Shown piece by piece: positions 63,240-64,000 of a stretch of 64,000 nucleotides of DNA. A program made the position numbers and the translations under genes. The stretch comes from Bacteroidales bacterium (lineage in GTDB: Bacteria > Bacteroidota > Bacteroidia > Bacteroidales > M50B96). The stretch's first letter is position 1. Each line of letters begins with the position of its first letter. Location: contig JAGYLP010000009.1 of NCBI GenBank assembly GCA_018401015.1, forward strand, positions 11,599 to 75,598, given 5' to 3'. The notes beneath the pieces were generated by a model. It worked only from the letters and a program-made list of their open reading frames with translations. It searched no databases and was not told the origin of the DNA.

Positions 63240-63893
63240 ATGAAAGTTTTAATTGCAGACGATCACAAGGTGATTCGAAGTGGATTGGCGAATCTACTTA
63301 CGAAATCGAAGTTAATTACCGAAGTAATTGAAGCCGATAACGGCGAAGAGGCAATTGTAAAAGCAAAGGAAACGAACCCCGATGTGTTTATCCTCGACTA
63401 CGAGATGCCCGTTTACAATGGGATTTATGCCGCCAAAAAAATCAAACGCCTTTGGCCGCACAAACCTGTTTTGATGCTATCGATGCACACCACCCGCGAG
63501 TATTTACTCGAGGCAGTACTGAGTGGTGTGAAGGGATATTTATCGAAAGAAGCTGATTTTGAAGAATTGCTGGAAGCACTGATTACCATTAAAAGAGGCG
63601 AAACCTACTTTAAGGACGAGATTGGTGATATCATTACCAACGAGCTAATTAATAACCTTCGAGAACCGGGCAAGCGTAAACGCAACGACACCGAGATTCT
63701 TACTCGTCGCGAACGGGAAGTGCTCATTTATTTTGCTAAAGGTAATAGCAGTTCCGAAGTTGCTCAGCATTTGAACATTAGCAAGCGAACCGCCGAGGTA
63801 CACAAAGCAAATATTTATCGCAAGCTCGCCATAAAAAATACAGCTGAGCTCATGCGATACGCGATAAAAAATAACCTGATAAAAATGAAATAA
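63240..63893 (+). CDS. NarL/FixJ-type response regulator (REC + LuxR HTH)
   Basis: 217 aa. KVLIADDH, phospho-acceptor region DVFILDYEMP, LSMH, K at YLSK. C-terminal LTRREREVL...SEVAQHLNISKRTAEVHKANIYRKL. Confidence 0.92.
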   Translation: MKVLIADDHKVIRSGLANLLTKSKLITEVIEADNGEEAIVKAKETNPDVFILDYEMPVYNGIYAAKKIKRLWPHKPVLMLSMHTTREYLLEAVLSGVKGYLSKEADFEELLEALITIKRGETYFKDEIGDIITNELINNLREPGKRKRNDTEILTRREREVLIYFAKGNSSSEVAQHLNISKRTAEVHKANIYRKLAIKNTAELMRYAIKNNLIKMK

Positions 63894-63916
63894 GCCTCTT
63901 TGGAGGCTTTTTTTTT
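63892..63916. terminator. Rho-independent, probably bidirectional terminator
   Basis: 7-bp stem aagcctc / gaggctt with loop tttg and a T9 run. It lies between the response regulator stop and a convergent partial ORF. Confidence 0.75.
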
Positions 63917-63918
63917 GG

Positions 63919-64000
63919 TTATTCGATACGAATCGACTCTGCCGATGAGTCTTCGAGGCGCAGCTCGCTCGCAATTTGAAGCAATCCTCCGTACCGTATA
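63919..64000 (-). CDS. 3' end of an unidentified minus-strand gene running off the window (possibly a histidine kinase C-terminus)
   Basis: Manual translation of 26 codons: IRYGGLLQIASELRLEDSSAESIRIE*. The YGG..I.SE pattern weakly resembles the end of a HATPase_c domain. This is too short to call. Confidence 0.3.
   Translation of the reverse strand, partial: IRYGGLLQIASELRLEDSSAESIRIE

Noticed and set aside
63645-63974. A 109-aa minus-strand ORF overlapping the response regulator 3' end.
   Set aside because: It is antisense to a clear LuxR HTH domain and reads through the terminator hairpin. The real minus-strand coding signal at the window end is in a different frame (63919-64000).
1-64000. 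CRISPR arrays, IS elements, integrases, prophage genes, and tRNA or rRNA genes.
   Set aside because: Reading all intergenic regions found no direct-repeat/spacer periodicity, no transposase- or integrase-like ORFs, no terminal inverted repeats and no cloverleaf-like GC-rich segments. The only repeats are protein-level tandem modules inside the adhesin genes.

Overview
This window is a contiguous chromosomal segment from a Bacteroidota genome, probably a gliding, Flavobacteriia- or Cytophagia-like organism. Three things support that: a complete porP-gldK-gldL-gldM-gldN type IX secretion (T9SS) core operon, many proteins with T9SS C-terminal sorting domains, and repeated TAnnTTTG -7 promoter boxes 20-65 nt upstream of start codons. 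I support about 47 protein genes. I found no rRNA, tRNA, CRISPR array, transposase or integrase.

Contents fall into four groups:
- Housekeeping genes: serC-serA-DUF1015, recJ, rsmA/ksgA, mgtE, cmk, topA, pgk, dnaN, a DnaQ-like exonuclease and a transketolase C-terminal subunit.
- T9SS machinery: the core operon at 33550-39468 and a second PorP/SprF gene at 51449.
- Eight predicted T9SS cargo proteins. Five have type B CTDs, including a 1045-aa open-ended ORF at 1-3137 (-) that is missing from the supplied ORF track. Three have type A CTDs.
- An eight-gene sulfur locus on the minus strand (23058-29345): a PsrABC-like molybdopterin oxidoreductase, a split YeeE/YedE transporter and two rhodanese-fold proteins.

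The most unusual observation is in the two rhodanese-fold proteins. Both lack the catalytic Cys. In each, the only Cys is the last residue of a conserved Lys-rich tail ending GGC-COOH.

Other points of interest:
- An arginase-fold protein with degenerate metal ligands sits in front of the T9SS operon.
- A 1089-aa PD40 / Omp85-like outer-membrane protein follows a cargo-SprF pair.
- A half-size TSUP transporter.
- An A9-TG-T9 tract upstream of the adhesin operon.

All functional calls come from motif recognition by eye. No database search was run.
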